Origin: a virus
Taxonomy: Duplodnaviria > Caudoviricetes
Virus record (IMG/VR): IMGVR_UViG_3300028048_001169
Coordinates: 161,071-225,070 of that record
Reading direction: 5' to 3' (one strand)
Length of the DNA: 64,000 nucleotides
Shown here: positions 9,813 through 20,700 of the stretch, one piece after another
Numbering within the stretch: the first letter of the stretch is position 1
How the letters are laid out: each line of letters starts with the position of its first letter
Translations under genes and position numbers: made by a program
The notes under the pieces: generated by a model
What the model was told of the DNA's origin: nothing
The model's database searches: none
The model's input: the letters and a program-made list of their open reading frames with translations, nothing else

Positions 9813-11380
9813 TGCCTAAGATTATTATTCGCAATAGTTGTATTATGATTAGGGATTATGTGTTAGGAAGTTGTCCTCAATTGGAGCGCAACTTCATGGT
9901 ATATGATCCCATCAGACACACTAAAGATGTTCTAGGAATGTATTATAGTGCAAAAACATCTACTTTATATATTCCTAGAGGATTAGATATTCCATACATT
10001 AAGCATTGTCTTCATATACATGATCATGAAAATGAGCAACCTAGTAAGTTCAAAGAAACGGATTATATTGGTATGAAATATAAACCAAGAGATAAAGAAC
10101 AAGAGGAAGCTCTTAAGTTCATGATCGGTATTGGAGAACATGAGCAAAATCTATACGAACCTCAATTATCTGTAAATCTGAATACTGGTAAAGGAAAAAC
10201 ATATTGTAGTATTGCTACAATATCGTATATGAGAATTAAGAGTATTGTTATTACAGGTAGTATCACATTACTTCATCAGTGGGAACGTGATATTGAGGAG
10301 TATACACAGTTACGTAGAAAAGATATTCTATTTATCAATGGATCTGATATGATGAATATGATTTATCAAGGTAAATCAAAACGTGCAGAAGAAGCAAGTA
10401 TTTTCTTATGTACTCATGGTACTATACGTTCATATTGTGATACCAATGGTTGGAGTCGATTAAATACAATCTTTGAGAATTTAGGAATTGGTATGAAATT
10501 TATCGATGAAGCTCATACAAACTTTGTCAATATGCTGATGATTGATTTCTTCTCAAATGTATTTAAGACTTACTACGTAACAGCAACACCTGGACGATCT
10601 AGTCGACAAGAAGATAAGATTTATCAATTATCAATTAAGAATGTACCTGGTATTGATTTATTTGATGAGAATAAAGATCCTCATACAGATTATATTGCAA
10701 TGAAGTATAATTCTCATCCATCTGCATTGGTATTATCATCTTGTCGTAACAAGTATGGATTGGATCGTATGAAGTATGTAGATTTCATCACACAGAATGA
10801 ATATTTCTATCAGATGATGCGTATTGTCATGGAAATGTTTTTGAAGTGTGGAGGAAGAGGATTATTCTACGTTGGTACAAATGCTGGTATCGTAAGAGTG
10901 TATCATTGGATTTGTACGAATTATCCTCAGTTGTTAGGACTTGTTGGTATTTATACATCCATTATGTCTAAAGAGGATAAGTTAAAAGAACGAGAAAAGA
11001 AACTCATCTTATCTACTACAAAGTCTGCTGGTTTAGGTGAAGATATAAAAGGATTAAAAATGACTGTTGTATTAGCAGAGCCATTTAAATCCGAAGTATT
11101 GACAAGGCAGACTTTAGGACGTACAAGAGATGATAATACAATGTATATTGAGTTAGTAGATTTAGGATTCCGTAATATTAGATCCTTCTACTATAGTAAG
11201 TTACCAACACTCAATAAGTATGCAAAATCTGTATCAGATACAACTTTCGATCAATATGAATTATCCAATAGATCAAAGATACTAGAGGATAAACAGAATA
11301 AGAAACATTCACCATTTGTATTATATGATGAACGATTTTTTGATTATACGCAAAAGGAGAGTGAAGAAGATGAATCATAA
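9812..11380 (+). CDS. Superfamily 2 helicase (DEAH, UvsW/Rad25-like)
   Basis: TGKGKT, FIDEAH, TATPGRS, GEDIKGL and QTLGRTR motifs. Confidence 0.88.
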   Translation: MPKIIIRNSCIMIRDYVLGSCPQLERNFMVYDPIRHTKDVLGMYYSAKTSTLYIPRGLDIPYIKHCLHIHDHENEQPSKFKETDYIGMKYKPRDKEQEEALKFMIGIGEHEQNLYEPQLSVNLNTGKGKTYCSIATISYMRIKSIVITGSITLLHQWERDIEEYTQLRRKDILFINGSDMMNMIYQGKSKRAEEASIFLCTHGTIRSYCDTNGWSRLNTIFENLGIGMKFIDEAHTNFVNMLMIDFFSNVFKTYYVTATPGRSSRQEDKIYQLSIKNVPGIDLFDENKDPHTDYIAMKYNSHPSALVLSSCRNKYGLDRMKYVDFITQNEYFYQMMRIVMEMFLKCGGRGLFYVGTNAGIVRVYHWICTNYPQLLGLVGIYTSIMSKEDKLKEREKKLILSTTKSAGLGEDIKGLKMTVVLAEPFKSEVLTRQTLGRTRDDNTMYIELVDLGFRNIRSFYYSKLPTLNKYAKSVSDTTFDQYELSNRSKILEDKQNKKHSPFVLYDERFFDYTQKESEEDES

Positions 11381-11564
11381 TAATGAAGATCAGTCTGTTA
11401 GTCAACTTGAAAAGAAATATATTAAGAATAATAATATGTCTGGTCATGTTATTACAGAAGAGCAGGCAAAGATTCGAGAACAAGTGATCGAAGAAGCTAG
11501 TAAATCAAGATCAAACAATGATGATATTTTCTGGCAGAAGTATATGGATCAGCATGATTACTAA
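11370..11564 (+). CDS. Hypothetical protein
   Basis: ATG at 11370 after AAGGAG, overlapping the helicase stop. Confidence 0.5.
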   Translation: MNHNNEDQSVSQLEKKYIKNNNMSGHVITEEQAKIREQVIEEASKSRSNNDDIFWQKYMDQHDY

Positions 11565-11641
11565 GTAAATTAACTTCCTCATAGTATAATCTATATTATG
11601 GGGAGGTAAAATAATTATGGATAAGGAGAGATACATATATT

Positions 11642-12037
11642 ATGAACAATAAAGAGCGATTAGTTGCTAAAATTAAAGATGAACGATTTTCTAGATTTAG
11701 ATTTCCCAATAGAGAAGCAGGAACAATTTCATTCTATGCTAATTGTCTAGATGATACAATTGTGGATAGTGAAGATGAAACTATTAGCTCAGCTGATGCT
11801 ATTCGGGAACTTTGTAAGTTAACTGGTTCTTTTAATGAGGATAAAGCATTCTATAAAATCAAACCACAAGAAGGAACATCTTACAAATGTACGATGTATT
11901 TCAGATTAAGTACATCAGAAGAATGTAAGACTATTAGTTATATAGGAGTTGGACATACTCCAGAGGAATCACTGAGAGTAGCGAGATCTGTCTATGATTA
12001 TTACTATTATAAATATCTAAAAGAATATAGTAAGTAA
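11642..12037 (+). CDS. Hypothetical protein
   Basis: 131 aa ORF with an AAGGAG RBS. Confidence 0.65.
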   Translation: MNNKERLVAKIKDERFSRFRFPNREAGTISFYANCLDDTIVDSEDETISSADAIRELCKLTGSFNEDKAFYKIKPQEGTSYKCTMYFRLSTSEECKTISYIGVGHTPEESLRVARSVYDYYYYKYLKEYSK

Positions 12038-12071
12038 AAATAAGATATTTTAGAAAGATGATATAGATAAC

Positions 12072-12287
12072 ATGGAAGATATTAGAGTTATGACCGATAT
12101 TAGTAAGCTTATTAAGCGCAAAAACATGGCATATGATATTTTATCAGCTATTCGCAATATGAAGGCTAGAGGTTTTAACCTTCCTATTGTAACTGGTAAA
12201 AAGGCAGAGGAAGAAGAAAAGAGATTACGCCAAGAGATCATTACATGTAATGAACGTATAAAGATATTGACGGAGTATAACTGTTAA
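12072..12287 (+). CDS. Hypothetical protein
   Basis: 71 aa ORF with coiled-coil-like composition. Confidence 0.5.
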   Translation: MEDIRVMTDISKLIKRKNMAYDILSAIRNMKARGFNLPIVTGKKAEEEEKRLRQEIITCNERIKILTEYNC

Positions 12288-12339
12288 TAGTAATAAGCAA
12301 TAATGGACATATCTCGCTATTTCAAATATAAAATAAAGT

Positions 12340-12364
12340 CCCAGTAGGTATTGAGCCTACTGGG
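12340..12364. terminator. Bidirectional terminator (CCCAGTAG family)
   Basis: CCCAGTAGG/CCTACTGGG stem flanked by A-rich and T-rich tracts between convergent genes. Confidence 0.78.
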
Positions 12365-12378
12365 TTTCTTTATTTTTT

Positions 12379-14169
12379 CTAAAATACTGGATTTGTAATC
12401 TTCTTTTTATCATCATTAAGAATCTTAGTCAAGTTATAGAGACTCTGTACAACATCACCATCTACAACTCTCATATTCTTAGCACCAAATCCTATGAAGT
12501 TCTTTTTACTATTATGGAATTTATGTAATTCATCATTCGCTTCATCTGTAAATACACCTCTAATTACAACCTGGTCTCCATCATAATCTCCACCCATTCC
12601 CTTCAAATACAAATTTGACATATTGAGTGTATCAATGAAAGTATCAGATGTATCTTTTCCAATATCGCTATCAGAGAATTTAGGATAATATGGATAATAC
12701 TCATTCTCTACATACATTGGTTCTGTTTCATTGGTTGTTAATATATCAATACCTGTTGTGATTTGGTTTGTTCTAGTATCAACCGGGAAACGTGTAATCA
12801 ATACCATTTTATTTTTTGTAGCTCGTAATGCGGAAATATACAATACATCCAGCCAAGTTAAACGACGATTATAAATTGCCTCTGGATTATCTCCTTCATT
12901 ATAAGTACCTTTGAAGTTCATATAAGCTTTTGAACCATCTTCCAGTTCTACTTCAATTGGTACAAATCTATTATTATATCCATGAATGAAATGATTCATC
13001 TCGGAACGAATTTTATCATCAGAGAACTGTATCATTGGATCTTTAACAACACGATATTCTACTTTACCATTCTCCATAACAACTGGATATTGTTCTGTAC
13101 CTACAAATTCTGTTTCAAACCAACGTCTTACGTTAAACTGAACAAATGGAGCAAAACATGCAATCGCTGCTGATAATGGTACTAGAGAAGTATCAAAGTT
13201 AGCTCTCATATCTTTAGGGCTATTTGCTTTTAACTCTGGTGATGAGATTACTAATCGAGCAGCATAATCAGTTGTTTTTGATTGGTTTGCTCTTCTCAGA
13301 ATACCAAACTTACCAGTTACACCATAACCTTTTTCATCCTTCTTAATATTTGCATTATTTGTACCAGAGAACCAATCGTAAACCTGAAGTAATAGTTCCT
13401 GAGTTCTAAGATCTTGAGGACCACTCATATCGAAACCATATTCCTGTGTTGTTTTTACACCAACAGCAGATAGAATTAATTGCTGATATAACTTATTAAT
13501 CTTACCAACACCAACGGAACCTTTTTTAGAATTCTGATTGTTTGTATCACGATAGAATGGTGGGATAACTAAGAATTTATTTGTAAAGATTAAGTTACGG
13601 TTCTTCTCCAAGAAATCTAACTTAATATCTCTTCTCAAAGAAGCAGCACCCGTATCTCTGAAACGAATCTTAGAAATATTCTTCTTTAAGAATTCAATAC
13701 CTGTTTCTCCATTAGGATCTTTTACTAAGTATCCTTTACGATCCAAAGAATATTTATCTATCTTTGCAATAATATCTTTGATTCTTCTATCCAATTTGAA
13801 CCATGCTTTATAACAAACAGGATTCATAAAGTATTTGCCTAAATTAATATAAGCAAAGATAGAGGAACGATCCTTCTGTGTAGCACCAAAAATACGATAT
13901 GATAACAATCCGTCATCATTTGGTTCACCTGGACGGTTAAAGAAAATTGGATTGGTAACCTCTTGCCAATTATTTACTTTAATAAAACGATCAATATCTA
14001 ATACTTCTAATTTCAGATGATTAGTAATAGCAACAATATCTTTCTTTTCTGTAATTGCTGCATCATTCACCATGTCATTAACGTTCTCTATGATATCAAT
14101 AAGTTCTACTCCTTTAGATTCCATTAAATCAATAGCGTCTATAATATAAGAACGATCCATAAGTTTCAT
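12379..14169 (-). CDS. Split RNA polymerase beta' N-terminal/catalytic subunit, probably virion RNAP
   Basis: GLLSYRIFG, LVIPPFYR, GKFGILRRANQSKTTDYAARLVI, TRFP and the catalytic loop GGDYDGDQ. Confidence 0.92.
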   Translation of the reverse strand: MKLMDRSYIIDAIDLMESKGVELIDIIENVNDMVNDAAITEKKDIVAITNHLKLEVLDIDRFIKVNNWQEVTNPIFFNRPGEPNDDGLLSYRIFGATQKDRSSIFAYINLGKYFMNPVCYKAWFKLDRRIKDIIAKIDKYSLDRKGYLVKDPNGETGIEFLKKNISKIRFRDTGAASLRRDIKLDFLEKNRNLIFTNKFLVIPPFYRDTNNQNSKKGSVGVGKINKLYQQLILSAVGVKTTQEYGFDMSGPQDLRTQELLLQVYDWFSGTNNANIKKDEKGYGVTGKFGILRRANQSKTTDYAARLVISSPELKANSPKDMRANFDTSLVPLSAAIACFAPFVQFNVRRWFETEFVGTEQYPVVMENGKVEYRVVKDPMIQFSDDKIRSEMNHFIHGYNNRFVPIEVELEDGSKAYMNFKGTYNEGDNPEAIYNRRLTWLDVLYISALRATKNKMVLITRFPVDTRTNQITTGIDILTTNETEPMYVENEYYPYYPKFSDSDIGKDTSDTFIDTLNMSNLYLKGMGGDYDGDQVVIRGVFTDEANDELHKFHNSKKNFIGFGAKNMRVVDGDVVQSLYNLTKILNDDKKKITNPVF

Positions 14170-14184
14170 TCTCCTTTCTTATGA

Positions 14185-14196
14185 TTATCTTAATGT
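14185..14196 (-). promoter_or_regulatory. Late-type promoter ACA-N6-TAA
   Basis: Minus strand reads TCC ACA TTAAGA TAA, upstream of the AAAGGAG RBS of the beta' gene. Confidence 0.6.
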
Positions 14197-14247
14197 GGAC
14201 TCTGTAAATTGTTTTGTAATTAATAAATAAACAACGTACATCTTTAT

Positions 14248-14664
14248 AATAGAAATTAGTTAGTAGTTATTTGATCAGAAATGATTCATTTACCGTTGTT
14301 GGGGTTGCTGTATTATAAGTTATTCTAAATCGTAAAGAATAGGCACGATTTATTTTTATAAATCGTGGAATAAATATAAAAGGAGAATTGTTATAACACA
14401 GTATTCGCTAACTTTATTTCTAAAATACTTTTATTATTTATCCAATGATATCATAGACAATCTTTAATTCTAAGACCAAGGATCTTTTCCTATTTTATAA
14501 AAAGTTGAGAAAGTGGATTGGATATGATGGAACAATGTTAATAGAAACAGATAAACTAAGCAAATATTTTCTATTTATTGTTATATATGAATGCAGATAA
14601 AACAACAAAACAGATTCTTTGTGTCAAATTCTCCCTTAAGGTCCCAACCCTTAAGGGAGTTTTT
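14248..14664 (+). ncRNA. Candidate structured non-coding RNA, about 400 nt
   Basis: Late promoter motif at 14238-14249, no credible ORF, four helices and a strong terminator at 14631-14664. Confidence 0.4.
14631..14664 (+). terminator. Intrinsic terminator
   Basis: CTCCCTTAAGG/CCTTAAGGGAG 11-bp stem followed by TTTTT. Confidence 0.8.
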
Positions 14665-14673
14665 ATGCCTTTC

Positions 14674-14685
14674 ACATAAGTATAA
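14674..14685 (+). promoter_or_regulatory. Late-type promoter ACA-N6-TAA
   Basis: TTC ACA TAAGTA TAA upstream of the RNAP beta RBS. Confidence 0.62.
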
Positions 14686-14711
14686 TTTATTAAGATTAGG
14701 GAGGAAAGCAT

Positions 14712-17700
14712 ATGATTTTCACGAAAGACGTTAAGAATCTTAAGATTTATAAACGCCAAATGTACTTGCCTACATTAGAGAATGATAGGACAAGTCCTAA
14801 TAAGAAAACAAATTCTGCTATATTTCTTTTAACTCCTAATAGAAGATCATCTGTTGCTTTAATGCAACATCCGTTACTTGTGAATAAGTTACGTTATTCT
14901 TCTTATTATATTGAAAGAGATATTATGTACTTTATAGACTCTAAGTATATGTCAGAAGATGAGTCTTTAGATGAAGCTTACTTATATGAAGATACAACAG
15001 ATCAGAGTCCAGTTCAATATACTGGATTCGCACCAGATGTAGAGAAGATTAAATCTATCTTTACAGTAGAAGATTTTAATAATATTCTACAAGATTTAGG
15101 AATCAATCATCGTGTATCACTTGTATTAGAGGTAGGAGATTTTCCAGGAATCGATGAATACTTTGAATTTAGTGTTGCTGATATTGATGATCATACCGTT
15201 GTTCGTGTCCATGTTCCTAGACATAATTTATCAGAAGGTCTAGAAATGTACAGTCGTCGTATTTTAAACTTTGTATATAAAGCTATTTATATTGCATTTC
15301 ATCAGGATGAGTATGAAACAAATAATGCATCAATTGTTGCTGATACCTATACTGATGCAGATACAAGTTTCAACGGTAGAGACTTAGAAAAGATTATTCG
15401 AAATGAAGCAAAATCTGCTCCTATTACAATGGATAATCTTGCTAAGAAATTCCGGTATGCAACAACATCGAAGTTCAAACGTCAGTATTCCAAAAAGTTA
15501 AATACACTTAAGAGAAATATGGATCAAATTAGTGATTCTATGAAGATATCACTAAATATTCCTACAGTGGGCTCTACAGCGTCTTCTGGAACTTCCGAGA
15601 GTGTTTACACTAAAAACCTCGAAAATCTTCTCATACGACTTGATGAGGGTGCTGATTATATGAGATTTGGGGCTTCTACGATAGCTTTCTCTGAAGCTAG
15701 CTATGCAAAGTATGATATGCAGTTAAAACGAATGCTGTTTAAAGATCGTATCAAGAAGAGAAAAACAATTCTTGATTTAGATGATCAAATGAAAGCAGAG
15801 ATTCCTGATATCAAGTTTGCTTATCCAGAATTAGGTCGTTATAATAAGAAGAATTTATTCGTAGATCTTTATTATTATAATCAGAGTTTCTTCAAGAATA
15901 ATACATGGAAGATGAAGAGAGGTTTTGATTTATATCTTGATTTATTGGATCGTATTATTAATGATAATCGTATTACAGAAGCTGGTTATAAAAAGAAGAC
16001 AATCTTCATTCCTATTATGGATTGGACTAATAATCCAAATACGAGGATGTGGCTATATAAAGAGACAATTAATCCAATGAGTATTATCTATGAATTAATG
16101 CTAAAAGATCCTCAGAAGATTAAGAAGGTATTTGGTGATAAAGATGTATTCTTCTTTTCTAAAGATAAATACTTTAAGTTGAACTTTATGGATATAGTAA
16201 CTCCTAGAGAGATGAAAGCTGCTTCTAATAAGTTCCGTGTATTTATTCAGAAGATTGTTGCTAATAGTGATTTTGAACCAGAAGATCTAGATTCTGATGT
16301 AAGTAATTCACCAGATGCAGTAAAAACTGCTATATATGATAAGATTGAAGTAGCTAAGGGTGTTGATCTTACTGGTAAAGAAAAAGCATCAAAAGCTGAT
16401 TTAGAAGCATTAGCAAAGCATAATCCTAAAGTGGCAGCTAAGAATCTTCCATTTGATACTTCGGTAATCTCTAAGAATAATTCTGCTGTTGATGCTAAAA
16501 CATCAGGTGAGAAAGAATTAGAAAAAGAAGAAAAAGATGGCGAAGTAACAGCTTCTGTTGATACATTAAAGAAGTTAGAGCGAGAAGATGATTTACAACG
16601 ATTAGCTTCTAAGATCGATCATCTTAGTACTGATGCAGTAGATGCTGAAGAAGTATTAAATAAGATGGATAATGATCAAGATATCAAAGAACTTATTATG
16701 GCTCTGGATAAGAGTAATAATGATAGTGTTGATATTTCTGCTACAAGAGCTGCTCGTATTAATAAATTATCTGATGATTTGATGACAAAAGAAATCAATG
16801 GTGTATCAGTAAAAGATTTATTAAACACAAAGTCAAATAAGCAGACAATAAAGACTTCTAGTCTACCAGTAAATTCTGTTAGTGATAGTTGGCAGAATAT
16901 GACCTATATGAACTTTGATAAGAACTATAATATTGATCAGGATGTTGTAGCTTGCTTTAATCATTTTGCTACGGTTAGTATGCCATTTGCTATTCGAGAT
17001 ATTACAGTAGAAGATACATCTACATCGGAAGATCGTATTGAAACTTATAATGTCAAGATTGAGGATTTTAGAGATAAAAATAATCGTCAGACAATTAAGT
17101 TAGATATACCAATAATAGAAGATAACCGTTTCTTATTAAGAGGAAATGCAAAGGTTATCTCTACACAGTTCTTGAATATGCCTGTATTAAAGACAGACTT
17201 AGATACAGCACAGATTATTACAAACTATCAGAAAATCTTTATAAGAAGATTTAGAACATCAACAGGCCGTTCTAATCCAATCGCTTCTTCTTTAATCAAA
17301 GCTCTTCAGAAGTATAAGGGTAGAGATTTAAAGATTAGCTTTGGTGATAATAGCCGTATCTCTAACTCTTATCAATTACCAATAGATTATATTGATATCT
17401 CTGGTGTTATTAATAGTATTGAATATCCTGAAAAGAATATTAAGATCTATTTCTCACAGAAAGAGATTCATAATGATTATCCAAATATTAACGATGCGAA
17501 GGGTGTTCCTTACATGGTTAATACAAAGACAAAAGCAATTACATACTATAACGATATGCATGAATTCTTTGCTAGTAAAGTGGTTGATGCTTTGTCCAGT
17601 TCAAAAGGATTTATGGAATTATACAGTACAACAAAACCTACAATGTCTGGTACTTATACTCGTTGTTCTATTTTGAATTGTGAAATTCCATTGGTTGTAA

Positions 17701-19802
17701 TTGCTGGTTATGTCGATGGTTTGGATAAGTTATTAAAGAGAGCTGGTATTGAATTCCATTGGCAGGAATCTATTAATAATGAGATTCGTCAAGATCCATT
17801 ATTAGCAACCATTCGATTCAAAGATGGATACTTAGTATACAGAATTTCATATTCTGCATGTCTATTATTGAATGGGTTGAAAGATTGCGGTACAGAAAAT
17901 TACTCTATGGCTGATATGAATTCTAAATATACTTATATTGAATTCTTAGATAATTTTGGAGGTAGAGTAAAAGCTGATGGTATTGAGAACTTTAATGACT
18001 GTTTAGTAGACCCTATATCAAAAGAAATCATGGAGTATTATAAGATGCCAACAGATTTTGTAGGATTATTACTCTATGTCAATACACTTTTAGCAGATAA
18101 TAAATACATTCGTCATACAGATACTTCTTCTAGAAGAATTCGTAGAGCAGAATTAGTTGCTGCTTATGTATATGAAGCATTAACTGAATCTTATGCTATT
18201 TGGACAAGACAGATTCGTCATGGAAGAAAGAATGTAAAGTTTGTTATCAAACAGTCTGCTGTTATTGACAAGATCTTACAGTCTCCAATTTCTCAGGATG
18301 ATTCTATTAATAATGCCTTAGGTGCAGTAGAAGCTACAAATGCTATTTCTTATAAGGGTAAATCTGGTCTTAATAATGATCGTTCCTATTCATTGGATAA
18401 GCGAGGATTTGATGAGACAATGTTGAATGTTATGGGTTGCTCTACAACATTCGCTCCTAGTGCTGGTATTACTCGTATTGCTACAATGAATATGAATGTT
18501 GATGGTCCGAGAGGATTTATCAAACAGATTAATTCTGATACTTCTAAGATGGATACTGCTAATACATTATCAGCTACAGAAGCTATGATTCCTTTTGAAG
18601 CAACACATGATGATAATACCCGTGTATTAATGTCATTTGTACAGACAGCAAAGCATCAGGTAAGAGTTAATAAATCTGATCCTTTACTTGTTACATCTGG
18701 AGTAGATGAAGCATTACCTTATCTTACAACAGATAAGTTTGCTTATAAAGCAAAGGGTAAAGGTAAAGTATTATCCATATCAGAAAAGGGAATGATTATT
18801 CAGTATTCTGATAATAAGAAAGATTATATTAGTTTTGAAGATACCATTGAGAAGAATTCAGATGGTGGATATTATGTACCTATGAAGCTTCAACCGAATA
18901 AGGGATTAAAAGCCGGTTCTACATTTAAAGACGGTGAAGTATTGGCATACGATCCAGCAAGCTTTTCTAATTCTTTAGGAGAAGATGATAATATAGCTTA
19001 CAATGCAGGTACATTAGCTAAAGTAGCAATCATCAATTCTGATGAAGGATATGAAGATTCTGGTGTATGTACCAAGAAGTTATCTAATGAATTGATTACT
19101 CAGGTTATCTATAAATTTGAGCATGTAATCGAGAAAGATGCTATTATTTATCGTACACCAGAAATTGGTAAATATGTCAATGTAGGAGATCCTCTTCTTG
19201 TATGGCAAGATCCATTTGAAGATTCTGACGCTAATTCTATTTTACGTGTTATGGGAAAAGATACAGAGATATCTGATCTTGGACGTAGAAAGATTGAATC
19301 TGAAACAACCGGTACAATTGTAGGTGTTAAAGTATATCGTACATGTGAGTTAGCTGATATGAGTGAATCTGTACGGAAGTTCGTTAGTGCTTATGAGAAA
19401 CCAATTAAAGCATTAAAGAAAGAACTTGAAGCTCAAGGAATTGATACAAAGACAATGCCGGCTACTTATGCACTACCAACAACTGGTAAGTTAAAGAAAG
19501 CAGAAGATGCTATCTATGTAGAAGTTTATGTTCAGCATCAGGATGTTCCTGGTATTGGAGATAAGATTACATACTTTGCTGCAAATAAAGCTGTATTACG
19601 TTCTATTATTCCAGAAGGTAAAGAGCCATATACAGACTTTAGACCAAATGAAGAAGTATCAGCTATGCTTTCTGTATCGTCTATTAATAAGCGAATGGTT
19701 ACTTCTATTCTAATGAATGGCTCTCTAAATAAGTTAATGATCGAATTGGATCGATCTGTTAAAGATATCTTAGGCATATCTTACGATGAGTCTGAATTAT
19801 AA
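14712..19802 (+). CDS. RNA polymerase beta subunit with long N-terminal extension, probably virion RNAP
   Basis: FLLRGNAKVI, MIPFEATHDDNTRVLMSFVQTAKHQV, GYEDSGV, GDKITYFAANKAV and SSINKRM match conserved beta regions. Confidence 0.92.
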   Translation: MIFTKDVKNLKIYKRQMYLPTLENDRTSPNKKTNSAIFLLTPNRRSSVALMQHPLLVNKLRYSSYYIERDIMYFIDSKYMSEDESLDEAYLYEDTTDQSPVQYTGFAPDVEKIKSIFTVEDFNNILQDLGINHRVSLVLEVGDFPGIDEYFEFSVADIDDHTVVRVHVPRHNLSEGLEMYSRRILNFVYKAIYIAFHQDEYETNNASIVADTYTDADTSFNGRDLEKIIRNEAKSAPITMDNLAKKFRYATTSKFKRQYSKKLNTLKRNMDQISDSMKISLNIPTVGSTASSGTSESVYTKNLENLLIRLDEGADYMRFGASTIAFSEASYAKYDMQLKRMLFKDRIKKRKTILDLDDQMKAEIPDIKFAYPELGRYNKKNLFVDLYYYNQSFFKNNTWKMKRGFDLYLDLLDRIINDNRITEAGYKKKTIFIPIMDWTNNPNTRMWLYKETINPMSIIYELMLKDPQKIKKVFGDKDVFFFSKDKYFKLNFMDIVTPREMKAASNKFRVFIQKIVANSDFEPEDLDSDVSNSPDAVKTAIYDKIEVAKGVDLTGKEKASKADLEALAKHNPKVAAKNLPFDTSVISKNNSAVDAKTSGEKELEKEEKDGEVTASVDTLKKLEREDDLQRLASKIDHLSTDAVDAEEVLNKMDNDQDIKELIMALDKSNNDSVDISATRAARINKLSDDLMTKEINGVSVKDLLNTKSNKQTIKTSSLPVNSVSDSWQNMTYMNFDKNYNIDQDVVACFNHFATVSMPFAIRDITVEDTSTSEDRIETYNVKIEDFRDKNNRQTIKLDIPIIEDNRFLLRGNAKVISTQFLNMPVLKTDLDTAQIITNYQKIFIRRFRTSTGRSNPIASSLIKALQKYKGRDLKISFGDNSRISNSYQLPIDYIDISGVINSIEYPEKNIKIYFSQKEIHNDYPNINDAKGVPYMVNTKTKAITYYNDMHEFFASKVVDALSSSKGFMELYSTTKPTMSGTYTRCSILNCEIPLVVIAGYVDGLDKLLKRAGIEFHWQESINNEIRQDPLLATIRFKDGYLVYRISYSACLLLNGLKDCGTENYSMADMNSKYTYIEFLDNFGGRVKADGIENFNDCLVDPISKEIMEYYKMPTDFVGLLLYVNTLLADNKYIRHTDTSSRRIRRAELVAAYVYEALTESYAIWTRQIRHGRKNVKFVIKQSAVIDKILQSPISQDDSINNALGAVEATNAISYKGKSGLNNDRSYSLDKRGFDETMLNVMGCSTTFAPSAGITRIATMNMNVDGPRGFIKQINSDTSKMDTANTLSATEAMIPFEATHDDNTRVLMSFVQTAKHQVRVNKSDPLLVTSGVDEALPYLTTDKFAYKAKGKGKVLSISEKGMIIQYSDNKKDYISFEDTIEKNSDGGYYVPMKLQPNKGLKAGSTFKDGEVLAYDPASFSNSLGEDDNIAYNAGTLAKVAIINSDEGYEDSGVCTKKLSNELITQVIYKFEHVIEKDAIIYRTPEIGKYVNVGDPLLVWQDPFEDSDANSILRVMGKDTEISDLGRRKIESETTGTIVGVKVYRTCELADMSESVRKFVSAYEKPIKALKKELEAQGIDTKTMPATYALPTTGKLKKAEDAIYVEVYVQHQDVPGIGDKITYFAANKAVLRSIIPEGKEPYTDFRPNEEVSAMLSVSSINKRMVTSILMNGSLNKLMIELDRSVKDILGISYDESEL

Positions 19803-19811
19803 TTAACCAAG

Positions 19812-19846
19812 TACCCAGAGGAGTATGATTTCCTCTGGGTATTTTA
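19812..19846 (+). terminator. Intrinsic terminator
   Basis: TACCCAGAGGA/TCCTCTGGGTA stem followed by TTTT. Confidence 0.78.
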
Positions 19847-19922
19847 TTGTAAAATATTATTTTATAGTAAACTCTTAAATAAAAAAAATATAGTTCTAAA
19901 TCTTTAAAGGAGGTAAACATAT

Positions 19923-20696
19923 ATGGCTATAAATTCTGATATTGTAGGAATCTCTACAGATTTAGAGGTTGCTACAATATTGAGTAACTTTTCTGATGAT
20001 ATGATTGAAGACGTCATCAGAGAATCAATTATGGAATATCGATTCCGACCATTTACATCAAGAGGTCCAAATTACCCAGAAATTCTTAATAATCAAATTT
20101 TGAATATTAAGTATCACAGTACGGGACATGATGATGAAATTGAGCAAAAGAGGATCGATGTTCAGAGAACCATCATTGATGCAATTTGTAAAGCGTATAA
20201 TCTTTCTCTATCAGATGATATTCCAGATGAGAAAGTATATACAATTTCTTATATTATGTATCAATTGTTTGTATCAGAGTTTACGATTCGATCTGCTAAT
20301 TTCTATACACAGTTTATTGTAAATCATATGCATGAAATGATTAAGCAGCTTGATTTAAAAGATAAGAATATTAAGAGTGTATATTCTAAGAAGATCTATA
20401 CAGATACAAACTATATTATCATATATGATAATATTGATAAGATAACCGATATTCTTTGTACATTGGATATCGAGTTACCAGATTTAATTGAATATTTATC
20501 TGATAAGAATACCTCTGATTTATTATCAGAATACTTGGTAGATAATGGTGATTGCTATCAGGAACAATTTGCACCATTCTTAGTAGGTGAAGATACTAGA
20601 GCAGCTATGATCACTCAGATACGTTTCAACTTTGTATCATTAACACAAGATCATAGATCAGAATATGGATTAAATAATATAGTTAAAGGAGAGTAA
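19923..20696 (+). CDS. Hypothetical (late) protein
   Basis: AAGGAGG RBS and a variant late motif ACT-N6-TAA at 19871-19882. Confidence 0.7.
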   Translation: MAINSDIVGISTDLEVATILSNFSDDMIEDVIRESIMEYRFRPFTSRGPNYPEILNNQILNIKYHSTGHDDEIEQKRIDVQRTIIDAICKAYNLSLSDDIPDEKVYTISYIMYQLFVSEFTIRSANFYTQFIVNHMHEMIKQLDLKDKNIKSVYSKKIYTDTNYIIIYDNIDKITDILCTLDIELPDLIEYLSDKNTSDLLSEYLVDNGDCYQEQFAPFLVGEDTRAAMITQIRFNFVSLTQDHRSEYGLNNIVKGE

Positions 20697-20700
20697 TAAC

